A DNA stretch of 64,000 nucleotides from contig CAZWCA010000009.1 in NCBI GenBank assembly GCA_964632255.1, forward strand, positions 4,394 to 68,393, read 5' to 3'. Every line of letters begins with the position of its first letter. The first letter of the stretch is position 1. This document shows positions 52,192 through 60,546 of the stretch, one piece after another. The stretch is from an uncultured Smithella sp. GTDB lineage: Bacteria; Desulfobacterota; Syntrophia; Syntrophales; Smithellaceae. The notes under the pieces are model-generated. The model did no database searches. It was not told the origin of the DNA and saw nothing but the letters and a program-made list of their open reading frames with translations. The position numbers and the translations under genes are program-made.

Positions 52192-53553
52192 CTACATGAT
52201 GAGCTCAAGATTTTCATCGAGAGCATCCCTATCGGACCTGTCCAGAAGCGTATTGCCGATCATCTCAAGAAGACGCATGAGTCCCCTGTAACCTACAGTG
52301 GGCAGATAGGAATGCACTCCACGATCCATAATAGGGAAGCCAAACCGGACAAAAGGAATATCTTCAGCACGAGCTATATATTTGCCATACGTATTCCCAA
52401 TCAAGAGGTCCACTGGATCATTCTTGATCCATTGATGCAGCGTGAACAAGTCGCCGGCACTTTTCACCTTACCATCTATTTGCGCTTCCCGGAGCATGGA
52501 ACTCACCTTTTCTTCGAATGCAATTCCCGGGGTGCCGGTCAAAACAAATTGAGGAATCATTCCCAGTTCAAGCAGAAACGAAGCGAGCGCCATTACCGTA
52601 TCCGGGTCTCCAAATACTGCTACTTTTTTGCCGAAGTAATGCTGGTGAAGATCAGCCATTACGTCGATTACCTGACCGCGTTCCTCTTCCAGTTCATCCG
52701 GGATACCTTTCCCTGTTAAGTTTGAAACCGTCATAAGGAAGTCATCCATGGCATTTATCCCAATAGGGATCATGAGTGTTAAAGGAGGAACCCCGCACTT
52801 GTTTTGTAATTCATGAGCACCCCGCTCTGACGAGAAGCTTCCTAATGCTATGGTTGCCCTGGAGTTGCCCGCATCGATTATATCATTCACTTTTGTTCCG
52901 CCCTTGGGAAAGATGTGGTAATTGCCGGTCAATGGCGCATCCATAACACCGCTCGTATCGGGAAACATGATGAAGTCCACGTCCATAATCTGCAGTATCC
53001 GCTTGATTTCCCTCATATCGCCGGGGTTAACGAACCCTGGAATGATATTTATCTTCCCATTGGGTATCCCGTTATTCTCGCTGAGGTATCTGACCATTCC
53101 AACAATCATATTGGAAAATCCGATAATGTGAGATCCCACATAGCTTGGGGTGTTCGCATGAATGATATATTTTCCTTCAGGCTTAGCGGACTTGCTGATA
53201 ATTGTTGGTATGTCATCTCCTATAGTTTCCGATAGACATGTCGTGTGAATAGCGATAATGTCCGGATTATATATGGAGAATACATTGTTGATCGCGGTTG
53301 TCAGATTGGCCATGCCGCCGAACACGCATGCCCCCTCTGTGAATGAACTGGTGGAAGCCTCGGCCGGCTCACGGAAATGTCTGTTCAAATGGCCCCTAAA
53401 GTACATCTGACATCCCTGTGATCCATGGCTGTGCGGCAGACAACGGTGAATCCCCAAAGCAGCATAGGTAGCTCCCAATGGCTGGCAGGTTTTTGCCGGA
53501 TTGATAACAAGCGCCTTGCGCTCAAAAATTTCTTTAGGTGTATGGTCTAACAT
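52192..53553 (-). CDS. nifK: Mo-nitrogenase MoFe protein beta chain (short N-terminus, anaerobe type)
   Basis: 453 aa. P-cluster cysteine contexts TCQPLGA, HGSQGCQMY, TTCLSETIGDD. The ATG abuts the nifD stop (TAAATG) with GGGAGG upstream. Confidence 0.92.
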   Translation of the reverse strand: MLDHTPKEIFERKALVINPAKTCQPLGATYAALGIHRCLPHSHGSQGCQMYFRGHLNRHFREPAEASTSSFTEGACVFGGMANLTTAINNVFSIYNPDIIAIHTTCLSETIGDDIPTIISKSAKPEGKYIIHANTPSYVGSHIIGFSNMIVGMVRYLSENNGIPNGKINIIPGFVNPGDMREIKRILQIMDVDFIMFPDTSGVMDAPLTGNYHIFPKGGTKVNDIIDAGNSRATIALGSFSSERGAHELQNKCGVPPLTLMIPIGINAMDDFLMTVSNLTGKGIPDELEEERGQVIDVMADLHQHYFGKKVAVFGDPDTVMALASFLLELGMIPQFVLTGTPGIAFEEKVSSMLREAQIDGKVKSAGDLFTLHQWIKNDPVDLLIGNTYGKYIARAEDIPFVRFGFPIMDRGVHSYLPTVGYRGLMRLLEMIGNTLLDRSDRDALDENLELIM

Positions 53554-55179
53554 TTAAAATACCTCCCTTAAATATGAGCCATGAATAAGAGGCTCTGTCT
53601 TCCACTTGGGTTTAATCATTTTCCAAACCGGTGCAGTCAGCCCCATAGCGATGTCCCGGGCAAAAACCACGGCTCCGTTAAAGCCCGCAAAGGGACCGCT
53701 ATAGTCATAGGAATGGATCTGTTTTGAAAGGGTGCCCATCTTGTGGATGACGTATTTCTCTTTTATACCGGATCCGAAAAGATCCGGATTCAATAGTTTC
53801 ATAAAAGATTCCATCTCATAATGATTTAAATCATCAACGACGACGCTTCCGTCCTTCATAATTTTTATCATTCCTTTGAAATAATTGAGTTCCATTTGCA
53901 TTCTGAGTTCCTCAAACTTTTCCCTCGAAAGCATGAGGCGGTAGAATTTTTCATCCGGTTGCACTGACAGGTTCTCGATGTTTTTATTATCAGCGTTCTC
54001 CTTGATAAAAGGGATGACTTCACGTCCTTCGTAATCGTCGCGATGGGCGAATTCGAAACCAGCCAGGACTGTTTCCATGCCGATCTCTTCAAAAAGTCCT
54101 TGGAAGTGGTTGGCGCGGGAACCACCGACAAAAAGTGCCACAGTCTTCCCTTTGCAGATCTTTTTATATTTCTCTATCTGCGGCTGAATGATCGCCATTT
54201 CGTTTCTGATGAATTCATCAGTTCTGCAGATCAGATCGGGGTCTCCAAAGTAAGAAGCCAAATCATTCAATGCTTGGATCGTACTCCGGATGCCAAGGAA
54301 ATTCACTTTAATCCAGTCTGTTCCGTATTTCTCCCGTAATAACTCTGCATTGTAATTGGTTGATCGATGGCACTGCACCAGATTTAGGTCAGCACTGTGG
54401 GCCTTCCTCAAACGTTCTACGGAACCGTCACCGGACATAATAGAAATGATATCGTACCCTATGGTTCTCAGAATACGTTCTATCTCCCATCCATCGCCAC
54501 CGATGTTGTATTCGCCGAGGATGTTAAGCGAATAATCCTTTTTATCCTTTTTTACAGAAGCCTTAGTTCCTATAATATTTTTAAACAGACCGTTGTTTGC
54601 TATGTGGTGGCCTGCTGATTGACTTACCCCCTTGTAGCCTTCGCAACTATAAGCAATTGTCTGAATTCCGAACTCTTGTTCCGCCCAGCGCGCAACGGAA
54701 TGGATATCATCACCGATCAATCCCACAGGGCATGTTGCGCAGATCATGATGCTTTTGGGTTTGAATATTCGGACGACTTCTTCCACGGCCTGTTTCAACT
54801 TTTTCTCGCCGCCGAATACGATGTCGCTTTCTTGCATGTCTGTAGAAAAGCAATAAGTGAGGAAATTATACTCTTCATCTTTATTCTTTCTCGCTCTGTT
54901 TCTTCTTGTAAGCCAGCTATAATACCCGCAACCGATTGGTCCATGAGTTATGGCGACAGTATCTTTCAGCGGACCGACAACTACCCCTTTGCACCCCGCA
55001 TAACAACAACCACGTTCCGTAATAATCCCCGGGATGGTCCGACAATCAGCCACCATTTCCTGCGGAGCCTCTTCCGAGTTCACCACCAGCAGATGCCCCT
55101 TACGGCTTCTGTGCGTTTTCGGTGAGTATTTTTTTAAGATATTTTCCACATCTGCTTTCATTAATGTTATATTCGCCAT
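53554..55179 (-). CDS. nifD: Mo-nitrogenase MoFe protein alpha chain (anaerobe/group-II-like, ~50-aa insertion)
   Basis: Start at MANITL (AGGAGG 7 nt upstream). ERGCCYAGCKGVVVGPLKDTVAITHGPIGCGYYSW, CPVGLIGDD and GVSQSAGHHIANN are present. So are the FeMoco ligand contexts QCHRSTNY (Cys) and IHSYDYSGPFAGFNG (His). An extra segment sits between DDYEGRE and VVDDL relative to the Azotobacter NifD I remember. Confidence 0.92.
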   Translation of the reverse strand: MANITLMKADVENILKKYSPKTHRSRKGHLLVVNSEEAPQEMVADCRTIPGIITERGCCYAGCKGVVVGPLKDTVAITHGPIGCGYYSWLTRRNRARKNKDEEYNFLTYCFSTDMQESDIVFGGEKKLKQAVEEVVRIFKPKSIMICATCPVGLIGDDIHSVARWAEQEFGIQTIAYSCEGYKGVSQSAGHHIANNGLFKNIIGTKASVKKDKKDYSLNILGEYNIGGDGWEIERILRTIGYDIISIMSGDGSVERLRKAHSADLNLVQCHRSTNYNAELLREKYGTDWIKVNFLGIRSTIQALNDLASYFGDPDLICRTDEFIRNEMAIIQPQIEKYKKICKGKTVALFVGGSRANHFQGLFEEIGMETVLAGFEFAHRDDYEGREVIPFIKENADNKNIENLSVQPDEKFYRLMLSREKFEELRMQMELNYFKGMIKIMKDGSVVVDDLNHYEMESFMKLLNPDLFGSGIKEKYVIHKMGTLSKQIHSYDYSGPFAGFNGAVVFARDIAMGLTAPVWKMIKPKWKTEPLIHGSYLREVF

Positions 55180-55205
55180 AGTATTTCCTCCTTGCGGTAT
55201 GTTCT

Positions 55206-55946
55206 TCAATAATTATTCCAATGAATGATTTTTCGTTCTGCCATGATCATAATCTTGTTCATTATCAATCCAAGCAACCCCACCAGGATAATAGTTAAAT
55301 ACATTTCAGGAGTTGCATAAGCGGTTTGGGCGTATACAACCCTGCTTCCAAGACCGTATTTCGCGCCCACCAGCATTTCAGTAACAATTCCGACTATGAC
55401 ACCCATGGACAGGGCAACTCTAGTTCCAATGAATATTTGAGGAAGCGCATCGAAGATCACTATCCTGCATAAAACCTGACGCCATGAAGCGCCCATTATC
55501 CTCGCAATTCTCACTCTGGTCTTATTGCCATTGATAACTCCCATCGACGTATTCAGTATAATGATCAACATGCATCCGAAAATAATCACGGCGATTCTCG
55601 ATTCTTCCCCGGTACTAAAAATCAACATGGACAAGGGGTAAACAAGAATAGGCGGGATAGAACGGAAGAAATCCAGCGCTGTTTCGACATATGGACGTAT
55701 CCTGCCGAAATAGCCCAAAAGAATTCCCATCGGAATTCCAGCTGCCAGTGCTGCCAGGACTCCAATAACTACCCTTATGAAGGAATAAACCATGTCCAGG
55801 TAAATACTTTTTTCAGCGAAGAGCCTGATGCCTACATTAAGCGTTTCTTGCGGAGTCGGCAGGAACAACGGATTAACCAGTTGAGTCCAGGATAATCCTT
55901 CCCATAAGAGAACTATTGCCGAAAATGTGATGATGTATTTTTTCAT
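55206..55946 (-). CDS. ABC transporter permease, NitT/TauT (SsuC/TauC-like) family
   Basis: Start taken at MKKYIITF. Six TM segments, and an EAA-like loop ARIMGASWRQVLCRIVIFDALPQIF. Embedded in the nif operon. Confidence 0.85.
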   Translation of the reverse strand: MKKYIITFSAIVLLWEGLSWTQLVNPLFLPTPQETLNVGIRLFAEKSIYLDMVYSFIRVVIGVLAALAAGIPMGILLGYFGRIRPYVETALDFFRSIPPILVYPLSMLIFSTGEESRIAVIIFGCMLIIILNTSMGVINGNKTRVRIARIMGASWRQVLCRIVIFDALPQIFIGTRVALSMGVIVGIVTEMLVGAKYGLGSRVVYAQTAYATPEMYLTIILVGLLGLIMNKIMIMAERKIIHWNNY

Positions 55947-55971
55947 TTTCTGCTCCGCACTATTGTTGCTC

Positions 55972-56796
55972 TCATGAGAAGCGCGCTTCACCTTGGAAAC
56001 AAATCCGATGTTCATGATCGTGGTTAATCCTTTGAAGAACGCGGCTGTTCCACGCGGGATTCGTTTTCTCCAGTATTATCTTGGCCGGTTTATCCGACAG
56101 GAAAATAACCCTGCTGGACAAATAGAACAAATGCTCTATATCATGAGCCACAATCAAAGTAGGGATCTTGATCTCTTCCCGTATTTCCAGAAGTTTATCC
56201 ATGAGCCATTCGCCATTCGAGCAGTCGAGGGCTGAAAATGGTTCGTCCATAAGCATCACATCCGGATCAGAGATTAATCCCCGTATAATTGCTGCATATT
56301 GCTGCTGTCCCCCGCTCAATTGGTATGGATATTTATCAATTGAGAACGGGATTCTTATAAGATTCGTAAGCCAGCATAATTTCTCTGCTATGAGACTCTT
56401 GTTCCATTTTTTTAAGACCAAGGGAAATAGGATATTATCCCTGATTGATAACCAGGGAAAAAGGCTGCTCCGGAAGTCTTGGAAAATATAAGAGATGCTA
56501 TTTTCTCCCGGCTTTTTTCTCCCTATAGTTATGTGCCCGGAATCCGGTTCGATGATGCCGGAAATCATATTGAGCAAAGTAGTTTTTCCACATCCGTTCG
56601 GGCCAAAAATCCCCACAACTTCATCATAGTCCACGGAAAGGCTGAATTCCTCAAAAATCCGTTCTTCCTTGCCGGCAGAAATTCTTGCCTTCTTGCATAT
56701 CTTGTTAATATGAATTCCGTTCACCATCATCCCAGTTCCATTCATTATCAATTGACCAGTGAATTGTTTGAAAAAAACTGAACTCCAAATTTTCAA
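55972..56796 (-). CDS. ABC transporter ATP-binding protein, NitT/TauT (SsuB/TauB-like) family
   Basis: GIFGPNGCGKTT Walker A, LSGGQQQ signature, LMDEPFSALD Walker B. Start uncertain: TTG overlapping the SBP stop at 56796, or internal ATGs at 56745/56730. Confidence 0.88.
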   Translation of the reverse strand: MKIWSSVFFKQFTGQLIMNGTGMMVNGIHINKICKKARISAGKEERIFEEFSLSVDYDEVVGIFGPNGCGKTTLLNMISGIIEPDSGHITIGRKKPGENSISYIFQDFRSSLFPWLSIRDNILFPLVLKKWNKSLIAEKLCWLTNLIRIPFSIDKYPYQLSGGQQQYAAIIRGLISDPDVMLMDEPFSALDCSNGEWLMDKLLEIREEIKIPTLIVAHDIEHLFYLSSRVIFLSDKPAKIILEKTNPAWNSRVLQRINHDHEHRICFQGEARFS

Positions 56797-57758
56797 TTAG
56801 CTCCACGGAAGAGAGCGTTTGAGAGATCAACCTTTTCTTTGATTATCCCCAATTTTTTATGTGAATCACCGATTCTTATCAGTTTAGCGGGTGTGAATTG
56901 CGACGATTTCAAAAACAAGGAATCCGGATACTTATTAACGAAAGACCTTTGCGCTTCGGGAAGGAATTTCCCCATACTTACTTTAGACTCTTGCTGATTG
57001 GCAGTTATGTATTCGATTGCCTCATCAAGGGAGTTAATAATTCGTTGGGCAACAACTGGATTCTTGTTAACAAAATCCTTGGCCATGCAAAAACTCGCAA
57101 AAGGAAATGGAGATCCTAAATATTTTGGAACCAGAGCTTCCTTGAGCAGGAGACGGCCGATACCTTTCTCAATGCATGCTGTAACCGCAGGATCATTTGT
57201 AAACATGGCGTCGACTATGCCTGACTCGAGAGAGGCGGGGGTCATGGCCGGCGCTACCTGTTGTATAATAACTTCGTCTAATTTTACGTTATTTTTTTGA
57301 AGGATGAGTTCAAGCCAGACTTTATACGCAAATGTTGGAAGAATTCCTATTCTTTTACCTTTAAGGTCGGAGATTTTTTTTATCGATGAATCCTTTTTTA
57401 CGACGAACATGCTCACAGGATGTTTGTTATCTTCCAGCATCAGAGTGGCATAATATAATTCTTTTTTGCTTCTGAGCTGAGCACTCAAGATAATAGGAAA
57501 GGCTGCGTAACCGGCAACATCAAGTTTCCCGCTGCAAAGAGCATCGATTAGCGGTTGAGCTGTATCAAACTTTACCAGATCGACATCAATACCGTTCTTT
57601 TTGAATATCCCCTTTTCTTGCGCTACAAAAATAGGAAGGCTTATCCGTAAAGTGCTACATCCTATCCTCACCCTCTCGTTGCCGGCGGCCGGATTACCGG
57701 CGCACAAAAATATTACGAACACAATGACCCAGATCAATCTTTCGGAATTCTTATTCAT
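56793..57758 (-). CDS. ABC transporter periplasmic substrate-binding protein, NMT1/SsuA-like
   Basis: 321 aa. Signal peptide, then the SsuA/NMT1-type pattern (LPIFVAQEKGIFKKNGIDVDLVKF...DVAGY...KGKRIGI...). Confidence 0.82.
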   Translation of the reverse strand: MNKNSERLIWVIVFVIFLCAGNPAAGNERVRIGCSTLRISLPIFVAQEKGIFKKNGIDVDLVKFDTAQPLIDALCSGKLDVAGYAAFPIILSAQLRSKKELYYATLMLEDNKHPVSMFVVKKDSSIKKISDLKGKRIGILPTFAYKVWLELILQKNNVKLDEVIIQQVAPAMTPASLESGIVDAMFTNDPAVTACIEKGIGRLLLKEALVPKYLGSPFPFASFCMAKDFVNKNPVVAQRIINSLDEAIEYITANQQESKVSMGKFLPEAQRSFVNKYPDSLFLKSSQFTPAKLIRIGDSHKKLGIIKEKVDLSNALFRGAN

Positions 57759-57778
57759 TTGTTACCCCTCAAATTTGT

Positions 57779-58513
57779 TTATTTAGCGAAGTCTAAGGTT
57801 TCATCTCCTGTTTCTGCTGTGCGGATGCGGATAGATTCGGATATGGGCATCACAAAAATCTTACCATCACCCGGTTTCCGGGTACGGTTAGCGGAGATAA
57901 TTGTCTCCGCTACTTTATTAACCAGCTTATCCGGTACGACAACAGAAAGCATACGCTTGGGAATAAGCCGTTGTGTATTGCCCAGTTGCGCGATAGCTTC
58001 CTCATAACCCTGTTCCGCCCCCTTGAGCACCTTGAAATCCAACACACCCTTGCCGCGTCCCAGACACTCGCGGACATGCAGGGATGAGATCTCTGCATCG
58101 ATTAGGGCCTCTTTCGTCTGGTTGATTTTGTTCATCCGGATAATAGCCACAACTTCTTTCATCCGGGCACCTTCCGCCTTGTCAGCATCCGTCTCTTTAA
58201 TACCGGAGCTGACCGTGTAGACTTCCTCCACGGGGGAAACGAAAATCTTGCCGTCTCCGAATGCACCGTTGGCTCCTGTGCGGGCAGCACCTATGACCGT
58301 TTTGATGACCATGTCCTTCTCCGCGTCCGGTACCACGATGATCAGTAATTCCTTGGGAATCCCGTCATAAGTAATGTCACCGATCTTGATTCCGCGCTGC
58401 CGTCCGCGTCCGGATACGTTCATGCGCGTAACAGCGGGGAATCCCTCGGCCATTAAGTTTTCTAAAACCTTATCAGCCTTTTCCGGCCTGACGATTGCTC
58501 TAACCATCATCAT
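57779..58513 (-). CDS. fused NifI1-NifI2 (two tandem P-II domains in one ORF)
   Basis: 244 aa. Residues 1-~112 are NifI1-like (short T-loop, GRGRQRG...FGDGKIFVSPV). Residues 118-244 are NifI2-like (long T-loop, GRGKGVLDF...IPKRM...PGDGKIFVMPI). The internal ATG at 58162 keeps a GAAGGTG SD-like sequence 6 nt upstream. Confidence 0.88.
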   Translation of the reverse strand: MMMVRAIVRPEKADKVLENLMAEGFPAVTRMNVSGRGRQRGIKIGDITYDGIPKELLIIVVPDAEKDMVIKTVIGAARTGANGAFGDGKIFVSPVEEVYTVSSGIKETDADKAEGARMKEVVAIIRMNKINQTKEALIDAEISSLHVRECLGRGKGVLDFKVLKGAEQGYEEAIAQLGNTQRLIPKRMLSVVVPDKLVNKVAETIISANRTRKPGDGKIFVMPISESIRIRTAETGDETLDFAK

Positions 58514-58517
58514 CGCT

Positions 58518-58797
58518 TTACCTCCTCACGTTTCGTTGTTCAGTTTCTAATCCCCTAATCCAATATCCTATTTGATCAGAGCAGAGCTTCCATCTCTTCC
58601 GTAGCCAGAGGTTTGGGGATGACGAATACCTGGTTTTCATCAATGACCTCAGCAATTTTGCGGTATTCATCAGCATGGTTAGGCGAGTGTCGCAGGCGAT
58701 AACGGATTTGCGGTTGATTCCGGTGCGCTGCAATCGTATTTTGTGTAGTAGTTGATTTCCCGATTCCGCCTTTGCCATAATAGCAATCTTCTTTCAA
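58518..58797 (-). pseudogene. nifH: nifH remnant: frameshifted and internally deleted dinitrogenase reductase gene
   Basis: About 280 nt where ~830 nt is expected. One frame reads ..[19 protein letters not shown].., then ..[32 protein letters not shown] (NifH C-terminus). The neighbouring frame holds KKIAI before the P-loop and ..[16 protein letters not shown] ([11 protein letters not shown] lacking PKADS). The switch I/II regions and the 4Fe-4S cysteines are absent. Confidence 0.85.
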
Positions 58798-58820
58798 TTT
58801 TATGTTTTTTTTAGCATAGG

Positions 58821-58836
58821 ATCAAAATACATGCCA
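58821..58836 (-). promoter_or_regulatory. sigma54-like promoter upstream of the nifH remnant, with non-consensus -12
   Basis: Minus-strand reading is TGGCATGTATTTTGAT. The -24 element and spacing fit, but the -12 reads TTGA instead of TTGC. ~25 nt upstream of the remnant. Confidence 0.4.
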
Positions 58837-59393
58837 AACAGGAAAGTGATATGAGATACTTTCGGGGAAATATATTTTTATATATATTATCAAATTGTTA
58901 TTAATTGCTTTAACTTCGATCAATGACTCGAAAACCACATTTTATAAATTAAATAAATGCAACGTAACGGTAGGAAATACAGAATTGTCATACTGTAGCG
59001 TATGATTTCTTTGCCGGCTTACCCTCCAGAAACCCAATGCCTTTGAGTTAAGAACATATTATAAGCTAAACCAATTGGGATTAATCAATATGACGGTTCC
59101 TTGCATGCGACAAAGTTTCGATACAAAAGATCATACATCTGCGTAGACTTCGTGAATAATCGTACCTTCTTGTTTATGTGAGCAAAAAATTATCATAATC
59201 ATTTGAACTCATGTAATATTTTTCCTTGCAGTGCCTTAGTAATACAATATAATCCACCTCATGAAATATTTTTTATGATCCGTTTTTGTCTTTTCAGCAG
59301 TTATGACTTCCTGTAGCATTCACACTTAAAATTATTTTTAAGTATTTGTTTTATCTTGATTTAAATAAATATCAAAATAAATCGTTAAAAAAT

Positions 59394-59409
59394 TGGTATG
59401 CTATATGCT
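59394..59409 (+). promoter_or_regulatory. sigma54-like -24/-12 promoter upstream of the PII-like/HTH operon
   Basis: TGGTATGCTATATGCT, with GG-N10-GC spacing exact. TGGTATG resembles the Klebsiella nifH promoter as I remember it. ~200 nt upstream of the 59613 ATG. Confidence 0.5.
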
Positions 59410-59612
59410 CTCTCAAAAATCACATGTTAGTTGAAAGCCGGGCATAACGAGATAAAAAGACAAGTTGCTCCGGTATTATGATTACGGAAACAAGGGCGCA
59501 CGGGAAATAGAAAGGATTTATCCAGCAATGACGGGGTGAACCTTACAAGGTAACCAGCCAATGAAACCGTGGGAATGAGGACCGGGGAAGCAGCATTGTA
59601 AAGGAGAGAGCA

Positions 59613-59957
59613 ATGAAAAGAATTGAAGCAATTATCCAGTTGGATAAAATTGAAGGCGTGTCCAATGCATTGAAAAAAATCGGTCATAATGGACTGGCGA
59701 TTACCGAAATCAAAGGCTATGGATATCAGGAAAATCTGCTGCGCCGGTTTCGTGGTGTTTCCTTTTCCAATAAGGTAGATCGCATCAACAAGGCAAAGGT
59801 TGAACTTACTGTAAATGAAAATGAAATTGATGAAATTGTCGACGCAATCCGCAAATCAGCATATGCCGGCAGCTTCATGAATGAAAAAATATTTATTCAT
59901 TCTGTAGATGATGCGTTGCGGATTTGCTTCGGAAATAAAGAAGTAAATGCCCTATAG
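59613..59957 (+). CDS. divergent P-II-like (GlnB-fold) protein
   Basis: 114 aa. MKRIEAIIQLDKIEGVSNALKKIGHNGLAITEIKGYGYQ...KAKVELTV follows the P-II beta-alpha-beta pattern. The T-loop and the GDGKIFV motif are degenerate (MNEKIFIHSV). AAGGAG SD. Confidence 0.7.
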   Translation: MKRIEAIIQLDKIEGVSNALKKIGHNGLAITEIKGYGYQENLLRRFRGVSFSNKVDRINKAKVELTVNENEIDEIVDAIRKSAYAGSFMNEKIFIHSVDDALRICFGNKEVNAL

Positions 59958-59974
59958 CCTTTACGGAGGGATGT

Positions 59975-60172
59975 ATGAAAGATAATACATCTGTTATTGG
60001 AGAAAACATGTTGGAGCGTTGCGTAGCCGGTTTTGAGAAAACAGTCATCGTCCATGCCCTGACCAGAACAAGAGGCAATCAATCAGCCGCAGCCCAGTTG
60101 CTGGGAACAACGAAACGTGTTTTGACATATAAAGTTCATAAATATAAAATCGACTGCGAACAATACAAATAG
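59975..60172 (+). CDS. stand-alone Fis-type HTH protein (equivalent to a NifA/NtrC C-terminal DNA-binding domain)
   Basis: 65 aa. FEKTVIVHALTRTRGNQSAAAQLLGTTKRVLTYKVHKYKI matches the ..E...I..AL....GN...AA..LG..R.TL..K..KY.I pattern. GGAGGG SD. Confidence 0.75.
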   Translation: MKDNTSVIGENMLERCVAGFEKTVIVHALTRTRGNQSAAAQLLGTTKRVLTYKVHKYKIDCEQYK

Positions 60173-60204
60173 AAAAGTACTAAAGGAATTTCGAAGGAGT
60201 CAGA

Positions 60205-60372
60205 ATGAACGTATTAAAAGCTTCACGAAATGACCGTTTTTGTCACATCAATGAAAGCCCGGATTCCGGTTACAGATCTGAATTTCAACTAAAGATATTA
60301 TCAAGGCAACCGCTTCGAATGTTTTTGAAGCCTTTGATTCCACATGCACGAAATAGGCTTTGCCGAAAATGA
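60205..60372 (+). CDS. possible small basic protein (55 aa), not in ORF track
   Basis: ATG 5 nt after AAGGAG. Reads MNVLKASRNDRFCHINESPDSGYRSEFQLKILSRQPLRMFLKPLIPHARNRLCRK*. No homology recognised. Confidence 0.3.
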   Translation: MNVLKASRNDRFCHINESPDSGYRSEFQLKILSRQPLRMFLKPLIPHARNRLCRK

Positions 60373-60546
60373 GACTTTAGTTAAAAATTAAATGTAATTG
60401 TAATCAAGAAAATACCAATATGTAAGAGAGTCGAGAAAGTTGATAATGCTTAATATTTACATTGATGACCATTTAAGTAGTGTCGGTATTGATAGCTGTG
60501 CGCTTTAACTCTTTCCTTCCTAGGGACGTTTCCACCTCCTTCAGCC

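Noticed and set aside
53554-58513. The D/K genes beside a sulfonate-type ABC transporter might be a methylthio-alkane-reductase-like (nitrogenase-like, non-N2-fixing) system
   Set aside because: The alpha chain keeps the residues I associate with N2-reducing Mo-nitrogenase: the GVV valine context, SQS-GHH, the Cys and His FeMoco ligands, and HSYDYSGPF. The cluster also carries NifI, NifX, NifE and NifN. I cannot exclude this without a phylogeny, so it stays as an alternative in the ABC-transporter finding.
58518-58778. 86-aa ORF (MAKAESGNQ...) treated as an independent gene
   Set aside because: It is simply the alternative reading frame through the frameshifted nifH remnant. It contains the ..[14 protein letters not shown].. 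piece of NifH.
59427-59687. 86-aa minus-strand ORF
   Set aside because: It overlaps the leader and 5' end of the + strand PII-like gene, which has a strong SD and fold-consistent sequence. The ORF itself has no SD or motif.
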